Source: Oikopleura dioica
Taxonomy: Eukaryota; Animalia; Chordata
Length of the DNA: 64,000 nt
Assembly (NCBI GenBank): GCA_907165135.1
Contig: OU015567.1
Location: 4,774,001 to 4,838,000 of the forward strand
Direction of reading: 5' to 3'
Under the pieces are notes generated by a model. The model was not told the origin of the DNA. It did no database searches and was given only the letters and a program-made list of their open reading frames with translations. This document shows, piece by piece, positions 45,682-58,400 of this stretch (the first letter of the stretch is position 1; the number at the start of each line of letters is the position of its first letter). A program made the position numbers and the translations under genes.

Positions 45682-47555
45682 ATGAGAGCAATGGTAATTT
45701 TTTCGGCAATCTTTATAGTTTGTGATGCAGTTGAAAGAGAAATTGATTATAGAGAGAACGTAATGGAGGATCAAACGAATAAAGCTAATGGCTTACTTTA
45801 TGAAAACCAATTTAAAAATCAATGGGATACCATTGGGTCAACCGTTAATCCGATTCCTCCGTTACCACAATGCTATGTGTGCTTTTACGAATTTGACGAC
45901 TTTGGAAAATCCTTCGGCAATTCAACCTGCTTCGATGAAACGACTTTGACTTTGGATACAATTCAAACATGCGGAGAACGTTGTTTAAATTTTTTTATTC
46001 ATTAAATATTTTTTAAAAGGAGAAACGGTCTGCGTCACCGAATTGCAGTCTCAGTGGCGATACGGAGGGGAACAGATACATACTATCAGACGTTATTGCG
46101 CAGAAGAAAGTGCTCTTGGTAAGCCTTACTGTCTTGAGAACAATGGTGGCGAGGAATCAGTCAAAGATTGCTTCTCAACATGCAGCAATGATGTTGTAAA
46201 GGGCGGCAGTATTGCTTGCAATAATAATAACGATGAGGTTTATGCGCTTTTCAAGCCACAAACACATGACCCAATTGTTACAAGCTGCAAGGTAAGCAAG
46301 CAATTTTTTCTTACGAAAAATCTTTTAATCGAGTCTTGTTTCTACTCTGAAATACCAAATGGTGACCCCGGACTTTTCAGATGCAGAAATAACCCTGGTG
46401 AGCTTTGAATTTATTTTCGAAATTTTTTTCATTTTTTTCTAAGGCGGTCAGGACAATATTAATTGTCTTCCATTCCAACAAGCTGGTTGTTATGCTTCCA
46501 AGTCAAGAATAAGAACAGGCTTAAGATTGTACAAGGAAGTATTCAGGTGATAAATACAGCTTTTTGTTCGCATGCATACAAATAAATCTTAAGAGGTTGC
46601 TCTGCATTCCCAGAAAATCTCGTCGAGGAGGGATGTTATCAAAGCCGTGGATCAAGTGGTGTTATTAGAGTTTGCAAATCCTGGTGTGGAGAAAATAAAT
46701 GCAATGGAGACGGTGACGATCACATTTTGTCGACACTACCAGTCCCTACCACAATAGCCGCTTCCGCAACAACCACTTCCACAAAAGGCACTACAACTAC
46801 AGCAACTCTATCGACAACTTCAGCCTCCTTTGTTGAGTATATTGTTGACGATCAAATAACTCTTCTGAATATTGCGTGGGATGCAATTTATGAAGATATG
46901 GGCGCATCACTCTCTCTTAAACTAACAAAAAATGTCGCAAAGGATGTCGAGATCATATTAAAATACGATGGTCGGCTCAAGAACATATTTATTACTGTTC
47001 AAAGTCTAGAATCACCTCAAAATCGTGCGGACGGCACCACCGCTAAATTTCAGTATGAAGCTTTCAATTTCATTCAAGGATAATATTTATTAAGAGTTAT
47101 CGCAAAAGTAAGCCTATTGACAGATGATTTTATTGACGCCTACAATAACAATTTCGGAAGTTTTTCCGATTATAATTCACTTCAAGTCATAACGCAAGGT
47201 TTATTTTGTCTTCACGTGTCTTGATATCCTTAAAATATTTTAAGCCGACCTTCTCAAGAAGGAACCCATTTCAAGTACAAACCTCGGCAATGATGATAAT
47301 AGTGAGTTTATTTTCACATTTGATTGATGCTTGAATCTTTTTTAAGGCTTTCTTATCGTCATTGTATCAGTATGCTGCGTTCTCATTGTCGTTATCATGC
47401 TTATAGGCTGCATTTTACTAAAGCAAAAAAGAAAAAAGAACGATTTGAAAAATAACCAAGTTTCAAAGATAGACCAAACTCCAGTTGCAGATGGCTTCTT
47501 TTACCGCATTGTTAATGGGATAAGAGTATCAATTCCTGCCGAAAGACTGATATAA
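45682..47555 (+). CDS. Type I membrane glycoprotein: two Cys-rich LU/three-finger-like modules, Thr-rich stalk, SEA-like domain, TM
   Basis: Signal MRAMVIFSAIFIVCDA; CYVC...CNN and SCFY...KCN modules; TTT stalk; ITLLNIAWDAIYED...; TM FLIVIVSVCCVLIVVIMLIGCILL followed by KQKRKK. Confidence 0.7.
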
Positions 47556-47759
47556 AAATAATTTCCTGTGTTATTGATAATTGACATTATCCTAGAATTT
47601 GAAATGAGTTTTCGTAAAAATAAACCAATAAAAAATGAAGACGATTTTGTAGATTCAGCACTTCTAGCATGAAAAAAATAAACGACAGACAATCAGACCA
47701 AAAGGCCGACTCGACCCGACATTGAAAAAGGGTGGTCGATGCCGACCCTTGAATTCCAA

Positions 47760-47890
47760 ATTTCTTCCAGCCGAGAACGATGTCTGAGTGTTTGACATTT
47801 CTTCGTTTCAAAATGTTAACTTGACTCCAGCTCAACCTTCCTGCCCAGTTTCAAATGTAAATTCATTCTTCTGTTCACTCAAAGAATCCG
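47760..47890 (+). pseudogene. Duplicated 3' fragment of the KLHL gene (end of last exon plus 3' flank)
   Basis: TTCTTCCAGCCGAGAACGATGTC...CCTGCCCAGTTTCAAATGTA...TTCACTCAA matches 45344-45470 with few differences. Confidence 0.75.
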
Positions 47891-48058
47891 CTTTAAAACA
47901 AAAACGATAATTTGATAGTCTAACTTTTATTTCAATGGGTAAAAGAAACTCTTTTGTTTCAAGCAAAAATTACTCAAAGAACGCGCAAAACCAATAAATA
48001 ACATTTGCTCGAGCGATTTCAATCTACTCTTTGTTTTCTCATTTTTTGAAGAACAAAA

Positions 48059-50595
48059 ATGGCGAAAGCTTCAGAGAAACTTAAATCTTTTTACAAAGAC
48101 TTTCTTGACCGAGGACTTGTTTATGAACACAGAGGTTTTGAAACATAAAAATTCCAAAGAATAAAGAAATTAAGGCGAGCTTCATTTAACCACAGATACA
48201 TCAGCTGAGGCCCTCGATGAATTCTCTGCCTTCAACCCCGCAGAAAACACCGTCATTGTCGTCGGTTTCCCAAAATGCGGAAATCATCTAATGCTCTCCA
48301 TGGTCGACCAGCTGGGAATTCCAAGATGCGAGGCCTTGATTGAGAATAATCGAGATAAGTTGACTTCCAAGCCGCTTGATTTCAATTCGAAAAAGGAGTT
48401 TGATCTCATGGAAAAAATCATCAAGGAGCACAAGGGGCTCGTTCAGACTCCTCATTGCCATGCTTCTGTCGAGATCTTTCCGAAGAATTTCAAAGGAAAA
48501 ATCGTTTATATTACAAGGTTCGTTATTTCGCCAAGAGCCTTTTCTCACCTAGATCCAAGAGATACAGAAGCCGTAGCAGTCTCGGCCTTTCACTTCTTCA
48601 ACAAGCTCCCATGGCTGAACGAATACATGGCTTCTTATGGACTAAAAGATGACATCAACGTTTTTGCGCGACATGTTTTCAATGGCGAAATGCTCTACGG
48701 AAATCACCAAGAATACGATCAAGAATGGAAGGATTTCTTCGCTGCAAACCCGCATATTCAAGTCGAATGTAAGATTTTGTACTTTGAATTGCTTCTCAAG
48801 ACTTTTTCAGGGTTCAAATTCGAAGATGTTATTTCAAATAAAGCAGAAAACATCAAACGACTGGCGAAATTTCTCAATGTGGAGAATCCTGACATTGAAA
48901 AGATCATCGAAAATACAACAGTAAAGAAAACGCTTGAAAATCGAAAGAAAGCGTATAGAGCAGCTGGTAAATCACAGGAGGATATTGAAGGACTGTCTGT
49001 CCAGAGTTTGAAATTTTCGTGACTCGCGAGCGGCTCACTTGAGAGCGAGCGAGCACGAGCATGATTAGGCATAACGCACAAAAAATCGACTTTTTATCTG
49101 AAGGTCGTAGGAAGCTAATTTTCACCTATCATATAGATTTTTGTGCTCTGACAACATTTCAACAAAAAAAAATTTCAAAAATTTAAAATTTAGTACTTTT
49201 TTAGTACCCCAAAGTTGTCAAAAAATTGATTTTTCGTGCCATCCAAGCTTCGGGGTTGTAAGTATGCTCATTCGAAAGAGCACAAAAAACTGAGTCAGAT
49301 ACATCGAAAAAAAGGGGTTCCTAGGGGGGTTCCCCAGATTTTAGGGGTTGAAAATCACAAAAATGATGAGTCATCACTCAAAAATGACCCGATTTGACCC
49401 CGAAAATGAATTTTTTATGAACTTTTGACTTCAGATTCGAACTCTGGGGTACTAATTTACTGTATTCCCATTGTTTTAGCAAGAAATATCAAAAGTTGTT
49501 TTTTGACCGGAAATGACGTCATCACACGATAAGTCGAATGTAACCCCAAATTTGGCTGATTTTTAGGGGTTTTTCATCCCTAGAATCCAGGGAACCCCAC
49601 CAGGAACCCCTTTTTATTGATAATTCTGACTCAGTTTTTTCCGCTCTTTCGAATGAGCATACTTAGAATACCGTAGCTTGGATTGCTCGAAAAGTAGTCA
49701 GAAAAGGGGTGAAAAAAAGTACTAAACTGTAACAAAAAATTTTTTCCAAAAAATTTTGAAAAGTCATTTTTGGTGTTTTAGTTGCTCCCAAAGTTTCAAA
49801 CTTGTATCTATAACAGGGAAAAAGTTGAATTTTTTGTGCGTTATGCCTAAGCATGATGCTCTTTGTGCTCCCGAGCACATTTATTTCAGAGTTCGCGCTC
49901 TTTGCGCTCGCGAGCGCATTTCATTTCGCGCTCTCGCTCTCTTGGCTCTCGAGCACTGGTCGAATTGTGCTCTCGCTCGATCGGCTCTCGAGCTGAAAAA
50001 CTGACTCGCGAGCAGCTTTCAAGGGCCTCAAATGATTCGGTGGCCCCGTGACTAATTCCACATGAGTCCCTGTCACAGGAGTTAGCACTTCGCGGTGGGC
50101 ATGTTTTATCTGTTTACTATCGGCTTTTCGCATTCTGCTGCCGAGATTACGGACCTAATGAAGCTTACATAAAACCAAAAACACCAAAAATAGATCCTCA
50201 AAGAAATTTATTTATGAAACTGAATAATTATGCGAAAAATTATTCTTTTAATTTTGCTCGCGAGCCGCTCGTGAGTCAATTCCATGGCGAGCACGAGAGC
50301 AGCCGCTCCCGCTCGTCTAGCTCCCGAGCATTTCTGACATATGCGCTCGTGCTCTCTGCGCTCGCGAGCGGGTTCAAATTTGGGCTCGTGCTCTTTTGGC
50401 TCTCGAGCCAACTCATTTTCATGCTCCCGCTCCCCTGCTCTCAGAGCAATGACAAATTTTTGCTCTCGCTCTTTTCGCTCGCGAGCATTTGCGAGCATTT
50501 CAAACTCTGTGTCTGTCTGCTACCGAGAAGGAAAGAAAGAGTCGTGGAAAGAGGTTCTCACTGCAGAAACACTCGCTTGCTTGAATAGGAAATAA
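48059..50595 (+). CDS. Cytosolic sulfotransferase-like gene A; last exon split by nested hAT elements
   Basis: VVGFPKCGNH; TPHCH; ITR/DTEAVAVSAFHF; KYEDV-like segment; CYREGKKESWK lies after the insertion. Confidence 0.8.
49002..50509. mobile_element. Outer non-autonomous hAT-type element with GAGC/GCTC-rich subtermini
   Basis: TIR CAGAGTTTGAAAT...ATTTCAAACTCTG; TSD TGTCTGTC at 48994-49001 and 50510-50517. Confidence 0.92.
49066..49849. mobile_element. Inner hAT-type fold-back element nested in the former
   Basis: TIR TAGGCATAACGCACAAAAAAT...ATTTTTTGTGCGTTATGCCTA; TSD AGCATGAT at 49058-49065 and 49850-49857. Confidence 0.92.
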
Positions 50596-50837
50596 ATCTT
50601 GAATGAATCTTGAAACTCGTTTGTCTAAATTTTCTCCGTGAAAATGATCCAAAAAAGCACAAATCGTTATTGTTTGTATAGACTTGTGGACTTCAGAGTC
50701 TAAGGTCTGAAAGCATAATAGTGTCTGGACCGGCGTCGTTTAGGCTGGCGGGTCTTTTTTAAACAATTAGCACGAATGGCCGCGAATATAATTTTAGACT
50801 TTTCAGCAAAAAAGACAATTTTCTTGAAGAGATTGAA

Positions 50838-51870
50838 ATGGCAAAAGCCACGGAGAAGCTGAAAACTCTTTATAAAGACTTTATAGATCGAGAATTTGTT
50901 TATGAGCATCGAGGTTTTTCAATTGAGTTGCTGATTTTTTAGTTATTAAACGTTAACGTAGGTGAGCTAAAATTAAAACAAGATGGATCGCCGGAGTCTT
51001 TCGACGCTTTTTCTGCCTTCAATCCAGGCGAAAACGCAGTCACTGTCCTTGGCTTCCCAAAATCTGGCAATCATATGATGTTGTCAATTTTGGATCAGCT
51101 TGGAGTTCCTCGATGCGAGGCCCTGGTCGACGATGAAAACAAAGACGAGTTATTGATGAACCTTTTCAAGCCTTTGGATTTCAACACGAAAAAGGAGTAC
51201 GATCTGATCGAGAAAATTATTCACGAGCACAAAGGACCTGTTGTTACTAATCATTGCCACGCTTCTGTTGAGTTCTTTCCGAAAAACTACAAAGGAAAGA
51301 TCATTTTCATCAACAGGTTTGTTCAGCAATTCTAGAGCACACTTCAAGTTTGATTCAAGAGACATAGAAGCAGTAGCAGTATCATTATTTCACTTTATCA
51401 ACGAGCTTCCGGGAAGGGCCTGGCTCAAGGAGTACATGAGTCTTTACGGGAAGGATGATATAAACGAATTCGCTCGACATCTTTTCAATGGTGAAATGCT
51501 CTACGGAGATCCCCGAATATACAATCAAGAATGGAAGGATCACTTTTCTGCCAACCCGAATATTGAAGTCGAATGTTAGCTTCCTGCTTCTTGCTCCTAT
51601 CAAACCTATCTTTCAGGCTTCAAATACGAAGATGTGATTTCCAACAAGGCTGAAGCAGTAGGCCGACTTGCTAACTTCCTCAACATCGAAGATCCAGATA
51701 TAGAAAAGATCATTCAAAATACATCTGTGGAGAGCAGCTCACTAAATCGGGCGAAAGTTTTTGAGGCCGCAGGAAAACCATTCCACGAAGCTCTTTGCTA
51801 CAGAGAAGGAAAAAAGGAAACCTGGAAGGATGTCCTTACTGCTGAAACACTTGCTTACTTGAATAAATGA
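50838..51870 (+). CDS. Cytosolic sulfotransferase-like gene B (apparently intact)
   Basis: LGFPKSGNH; TNHCH; INR/DIEAVAVSLFHF; KYEDV; CYREGKKETWK. Confidence 0.85.
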
Positions 51871-52055
51871 AAGAGTTTTTATTAGATTTTATAATCGTAG
51901 ATTTCTTAATAAAAATGACGTCGAAAAATGTCGTCCATAAAAAATCACTCAAGAGTGGCGCGAAGACCGTAAAATTGTCATTCTTCCCTGCGGTAAATCT
52001 GATAAAAAGTCGCTTTTGAACGAATTGCAACGAAGTCATTTTGGAAGAAAGTGAA

Positions 52056-53079
52056 ATGGCAAAGGCAACAGAGAAACTGAAAACTTTTTATAAAGATTTT
52101 ATTGATCGTGGGATTGTTTTTGAGCATCGAGGTTTGATGTCGCTTTTAATTTCTAAATCAAATAATTTGAAGGCGAGTTAAAAATGACAAAGGACGGTTC
52201 GGCGGAATCATTTGACGATTTTTCCGCTTTTGACCCAGCTGAAAATGCAGTGACAGTTCTTGGCTTCCCGAAATGCGGCAATCATTTGATGCTTTCGATT
52301 CTTGATCAACTTGGGATTCCCAGATGCGAGGCCTTTATCGAGAAGGAGAACAGAGACGAGCTTATGATGAAGCTGATGAAGCCATTGGATTTCAATACGA
52401 AAAGAGAGTTCGATTTCATGGAGAAAATCATCAGTGAGCAAAAAGGACCTGTCGTAACTCCGCATTGCCACGCTTCTGTCGAGCTCTTTCCGAAAAATTA
52501 CCAAGGAAAGATCATCTTCATCACCAGGTTTTCCTCCATTTCTGCGAGTCATTTGTTCAGTTTGATTCTAGAGACATAGAAGCAGTGGCAGTCTCAGCCT
52601 TTCACTTCTTCAACAAGCTTCCGTGGCTCACCGAGTACATGAGTTTCTACGGTTTGAAAGATGATATCAACGTTTTCGCCCGACATGTTTTCAACGGAGA
52701 AATGATTTATGGAGACCCAAGAGAATACGATCAAGAATGGAAGGATTACTTCGCTGCAAATCCGAATATTCAAGTCGAATGTAAGTTTATTTCTTCGATC
52801 CCCTATTACACTCTTTTAGGCTTCAAATACGAAGATGTTCTCTCAAACAAAGCTGAAAACATCAAGCGACTGGCGAAATTCCTGAACGTTGAAAATCCAG
52901 ATATCGAAAAGATCATGGAAAATACATCAGTGAAGAAAACCGTCGAAAACCGGGTGAAGGTTTTTGAAGCCGCCGGAAAACCGTTTCTAGAAGCCCCTTG
53001 CTACCGAGAGGGAAAAAAGGAATCATGGAAGGATGTTCTTACTGCTGAAAGTTTCAGCCTGAAACACTTGCTTGCTTGA
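52056..53079 (+). CDS. Cytosolic sulfotransferase-like gene C; C-terminal few codons frameshifted by a 14-nt footprint
   Basis: LGFPKCGNH; TPHCH; ITR/DIEAVAVSAFHF; KYEDV; CYREGKKESWK. Confidence 0.85.
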
Positions 53080-53763
53080 AATCATAAACGAACAATTTTG
53101 ATGATCTTTACGATCTTCAACATCAAATTTTAGTTCATATCATCTAGGTTCCCTTGGTCATAATAAAGTCATGAAAAATATTTCCGGTCACCTAGGTTTA
53201 CCAACCCAGAGTTTCATAATGCGCAGCCTGGGTTTACCAACAGGGTCGAACAGGTCTTGCAGAATGCTCTCAACTTCTGAGAGCCTCGGTTGGCAAGAAT
53301 ATACGGTAAAAAACGGTATCGCTATCCATAATCTGCTCTTTTTGCCTTGACACATTTTCTGGACTGTATTTTGAGCAGACAGTACCAATTGGTACCCGAA
53401 CTTTCTTGTCTAGGGCAGGCTTAGGTGAGCTTTGGTAAGATTAAATTATTTTCGGCCTCAGAATCAAAATCTACAAAAAAAAATTTCGAGGTTACTTACA
53501 AGGTAATTTATTTTATGAAATTCCAATTTTTTACTCTTTTAAAACTTCACTTTTGAGCTTATCCTCGGCTAAGCTTGCTGATTTTGAAGCCATCTCACAC
53601 CGAGCGTTGCTCGAAATTGGTGCTAAGACGAGTCTCTGCAGGACATCGCAGCAGGTTGCGCGTGTCGGTGGGCCCGTTGCATCCTATTTGCACAGCTTGA
53701 CACCTGCATGTACTTGGCCACTGCGAGTTTTTAGCACCAACACAAAGCGGAGAACCCCCGCCC

Positions 53764-53965
53764 TTCTTCGTTTTCTCTGTCGCCGAGATTGTTTGCGTAG
53801 TCTTTGACGACTTCCCGGATCTGTTTCAGTAAGGAATTGTGCATGGAAAGATGCGAAATGATGCGTTCATGAAACGACTCGATTCCAGAGCGAAGAGTTC
53901 CACGATGATGTAATCAAACTAACAAAAGGGTGAAATCAAGGAAGATAAAGGAAAAAGTCTACCTG
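53764..53965 (-). pseudogene. Inverted, degraded copy of the CTNNBL1 last intron and last exon
   Basis: The reverse complement reads CAG-GTAGAC...TTTGTTAG-TTTGATTACATCATCGTGGAACTC...GAAACAGATCCGGGAAGTCGTCAAAGACTACGCA, matching about 40790-40995. It carries a 1-nt deletion and a stop. Confidence 0.85.
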
Positions 53966-55419
53966 ACTCACGGGCTTTTTAGCCCTTGGGCTCGACAACC
54001 TCTCCTTAAACAAAAACTTCCAGAGGCAGCAACAAAACAAGAAGATAGTTGATGAATGAGAATAAAAACGGAGAAAAATCGATCGAGAAGGTGTCAATCC
54101 CGCAACGAGAAGAATTCCAATCGGAAATCAATTTTTTCTCACCGTTTAGAGAGAACTTCTTTTGAGAAACCACCTCGTTTTTATTTGACGTTTGTACAGG
54201 TGCCAGAACAGTCTGAGTCAGTATTTGATCCCTTTTGTAAACTTGAAAAGCTCAAAGGAGAAAAAATTGAAACGGCCGAGCGCCCGCGGACTCATTTTTT
54301 TCGGATTTCGAGTCATCAGATTCAAATCTTATTTTTCAGTTTTCTGTGCAAGCGCTTTTTCTTTTCAAAAAGCGATTTTTAAACTTAGAGAAAGAGCTAT
54401 TTTCAGAGGTACGGGAGATTTGCTAAGTGACAGATAAACGTCACTTTACTATTTGAATTTGGATTAGTTAAGGAGCCACATTTTGTTTGCCAAAGTCCGA
54501 TAAGTTCTTCCAACAGATTTTTTATTTACAGAGCACGAGAAAAGTACGAAGCTCCCATTTTTCCCACACTTCTTCAAATCGCACCTAATTCGTTAAAAAA
54601 AGCGCCGCGCTGAAATTCTGAATTACCGCTCTTTTTTCTGAGCTCAATAATTTTCTCCCCATTCAATTGAAAGAATATTTGCGAAAGTGAATCAATTAAG
54701 AGCCGCTTGAATGCCCTTTCTTTTTTACAACACGAGCTGTAAGAATAAGCTCAGTAAGCTCTCAAGCTCAATTCTAAATTTCCATTAAAAATGAGATAAT
54801 GATGAAAGGCAAACTGCGGAATCGTAAGTTTGACTGAATTTTAAAATTGTGCATTTTTGTTTGCTCACGTTAAATAATTGTAAAGATGCGTTTTTGCGAA
54901 TTTCCGCCCCAGTCTTTATACAGATATAAACTCGAGAAAGATTCTCAAGAAAAGAAGAAATAGCTTTTTATAAGAGAAAGTATGGTTTATGCGGCCTAAA
55001 GGTTTGATCATCTTTTTTTCTGGCTAGACTAAAGGGAAGGATAAGAGGGAATTGGTAGGATTAAGCCTTTGATTCTCCAAATTTTTCAAAACTTTTCTAA
55101 ATAAAGAGGGGCGTTCTTTATCACTAGCGGTTGTCATAAACTTTGACCGCTATAAGCTATAGGATGGCAATGAAAACACTGACGATTTTAGAGAGAAAGA
55201 GAGATAAATAAGTCGATTTTTCACTCCATAACGAGGCACATATGCTCTCGAGGGTGCCCTTTAGCACCGCTCTTTCCTTTCTATTTTCGCCCTTTTCCTC
55301 CATTCAGAGCTGCTTTGAATTATCGAAAATTGGATTAACGATAACTTCTTTCTTAAGACTCACATTTGGCACTGCGGGACGGAGACTGTCTGGATCGGAT
55401 CCAAAGGGACACAAATGAG

Positions 55420-58400
55420 ATGCGCAACTGCTTACAAATAGGTAAATATTCAGCGAGAATTCGATAATAATTTGTTTTCAGGCGATGTAATTTCGATTTA
55501 CGCAGATGGCTCTGGTTTCATATCGACTCTCGGGCTCGTTGATGATCGATGTGTTACGAATTCCGCGGCTGGGAGCTTACAAAGGTTCGTTTCAATCAAT
55601 TCCAGCTCGATTTTCACAGCTTGAAGCTCTCTTTTTAGTCCTTTTTAAGGGTGTCGCGGTTACTTTTGATACTAAAGTTCATTTTCAGTCCGCCTATAAA
55701 ATATCGCGATTGTCTATTCCGAATCTGTCCGCCATGCCGCTACTCCGCCCATCGACAATACTGGCGTTCCGTAAAGCCTGGCCAGTCCCGCCTCGTCGAG
55801 GTCTTCGTCCGGAAGCTCTCAGAAGCGGCAGATGTGGAGCGCGAACAAAATGAGAAAGAGAAGAAGAAGCAGCACGGACAAGAGGTGCGCTACGGGCAGA
55901 TTGTCCAACTGCTCCATGTCAAGAGCAACAAGTATCTGACGGTAAACAAGCGCCTTCCGGCCCTGCTTGAGCGAAATTCAATGCGTGTCATGCTCGATGG
56001 AGATGGAAACGAAGGCTCCTGGTTCCAGATTCATCCGTTCTACAAACTGCGATCGCTGGGTGACAATGTGCTCGTTGGAGATAAGGTCGTTATCAAGCCG
56101 TATTCAGCAGATCAGGTGCTTCACGCGTCGCCAGAAGTTTTGAGGGACTTTCCGGAATGTATGGAGGTCAATGCTAGCAATGAGCCGACGAATTGGAAGG
56201 TATGAAACTGGGTGAAAACAGGGCAGAAACAGAATCTGGATTATTTTGAAAATCGAAATTAATCTTAATCTTTTTAGCTCACGCTCTTCATGAAACACAA
56301 CGAAAACATCCCCGGAATCCTCAAATCTGGCGACGTCATCCGCCTCTTTCACACGGAGCAAGAAAAGTTCCTTACCTGCGATACCTACAACGGAGAGGAC
56401 TACGTCTTTCTCCGAACGACTGCTCGCAGCTCTGCTCAAAGCGCGACAAGTCCGAAAGCGTTGTGGGAAGTGGAAGTGATCGATTCCGATCCGTGCCGCG
56501 GCGGAGCGGGAACTTGGAGCATTTTGTATCGTTTCAAGCATTTGGCGACGGGAACCTATCTTGGAGCAGCGGCGCTGAACTCGTATTCTGAAGATGTCCA
56601 GAGCGCGTTCATGAATCGGCTGCGAATCGACAAGTCTAGCACTGATATCACGCATCACCTGAACGTCACGAGGAATACCAAAGATATCAACACGGTATTC
56701 GAGCTAGAACAAGCCGCGCTTATCGAAGAAGGGGATGTCTACGTCCCTAGCCACTCGTACATTCGTCTTAAGCACCTGTGCTCGGATACGTGGCTCAGAT
56801 CGACGAGTATTTCGATCGACAGAGAAAAGAGAGGCCGTGCATGATGCTGATCGGCACTTCCGCGGTCAAAGAGGACAAAGAAGCGTTCAAAATCATCCCT
56901 GTGGCACCAGAGGAAGTTCGAGACCTGGACTTCGCTGCTGATGCATGCAAAGTGCTCGAAGACTTTACAAGCCAGTTGAAAAACTCGTCCGAAGTCGCAG
57001 TTGCCGAGAGAAAGAACGTTTTGAAGCTGCTGGACGATATCATCTGCTTCGTCTGTCGGGCTGAGCGACGCGATAACGAGGATTCCGAAACGATTCAAAT
57101 GCACAGTATTGAGAAAGCGAGAGAGCGACAGAAGCTGCTGAGAGAGCAGGGAATTCTGCGCGAGATTTTCAAGATTCTTGAGGCGTTCAAAGAGCCAAGA
57201 GGGAATCAGGAAGAAGTGATTGTCGTCCCGCTGAGTGAGATAAGAGATAGTAAGCATCAGTGCTACAAGAGAATGCTCAGATTGTGCTACAGGATTTTGA
57301 GGCATTCTACTCAGGAAGAGTTTGCAAAATTTGATAAGATAGAGACACCCTTATTCACGTCTTACCTCGAATTCAAACTTTTTATTCAAAGAAAAAATGA
57401 GAATAATTGAAAACCTTTCAAAAATATTGTAAACTCTCAACCAGGACTATCGAAAGAGCCAGGAATACGTCGCCAAGAACTTCTCGCTGATGCAAAAGCA
57501 GATTGGCTTCGACATCCTGGCCGAGGACACCCTTGCCGCGCTGTTACACAATAACAAGCAGCTGCTCGTCAAACATATACGAAGAAAAGAAATCGACATC
57601 TTCGTGGATCTCGTGCGGCGAAACAAGCCAGAATACAGATATCTGAATTACTTGTCCGACCTGTGCGTTTCACATGAAACAGCGATAAATGTGACGCAAG
57701 ATTTGATCGGAAATGTGCTTTTGAAAACGGAAGAAAATCGAAAGCTGCTGATAAGAACGAAGATTATCCTGCCAGAAGGAAAGCAGCTCGAAGATGTTTT
57801 CGAAGAAGACGATGACGAGGAAGAAAATGAAAACATCATTTATCTCTGCTGGAATTGGAACGATAAGGAAGAAGAAATTTCGCTCAGAGAACTTGTTAGG
57901 CAGTCAAGAGGAGATGATAACAACTCGTTCAAGATGCTCTACTACTATAAATACCAATTAGGTAAGTCAAGATTTTAACTTTTTTAAATGACAAGCGAGC
58001 TAAACGCTTTAGGCGTAAGATTCAAGACGTCTTTATTCAGGTTTCCACTCAGGAAAGCCTAAAATCGTCTTACTCATTAAATTTTTCAGACTTATTCTCC
58101 GCCCTGTGCTTCAACCGTCAATACGTCGCGATCCACTGTCTCCGCGAAGAACTCACTATTCCATTGATCCTCACGTGCATCCGTGACAAGCACCTTCCCG
58201 CCATTCTTCGCGCTTCCTTCGTCAACCTTTTACTTCACGTCCACGTCGATTGCTCACCCCAGGAGCGTGTCATTCCCGTTTCTTACGCCCGCGTCTGGTC
58301 CGAGACGCCCAAAATGGTCACAATTTACGATTACGATCGCGAACAAGAGCGCGATTTCGCCCACTTCGATGGCGTCCTCAAATTCGTCAAGGACTACCTA

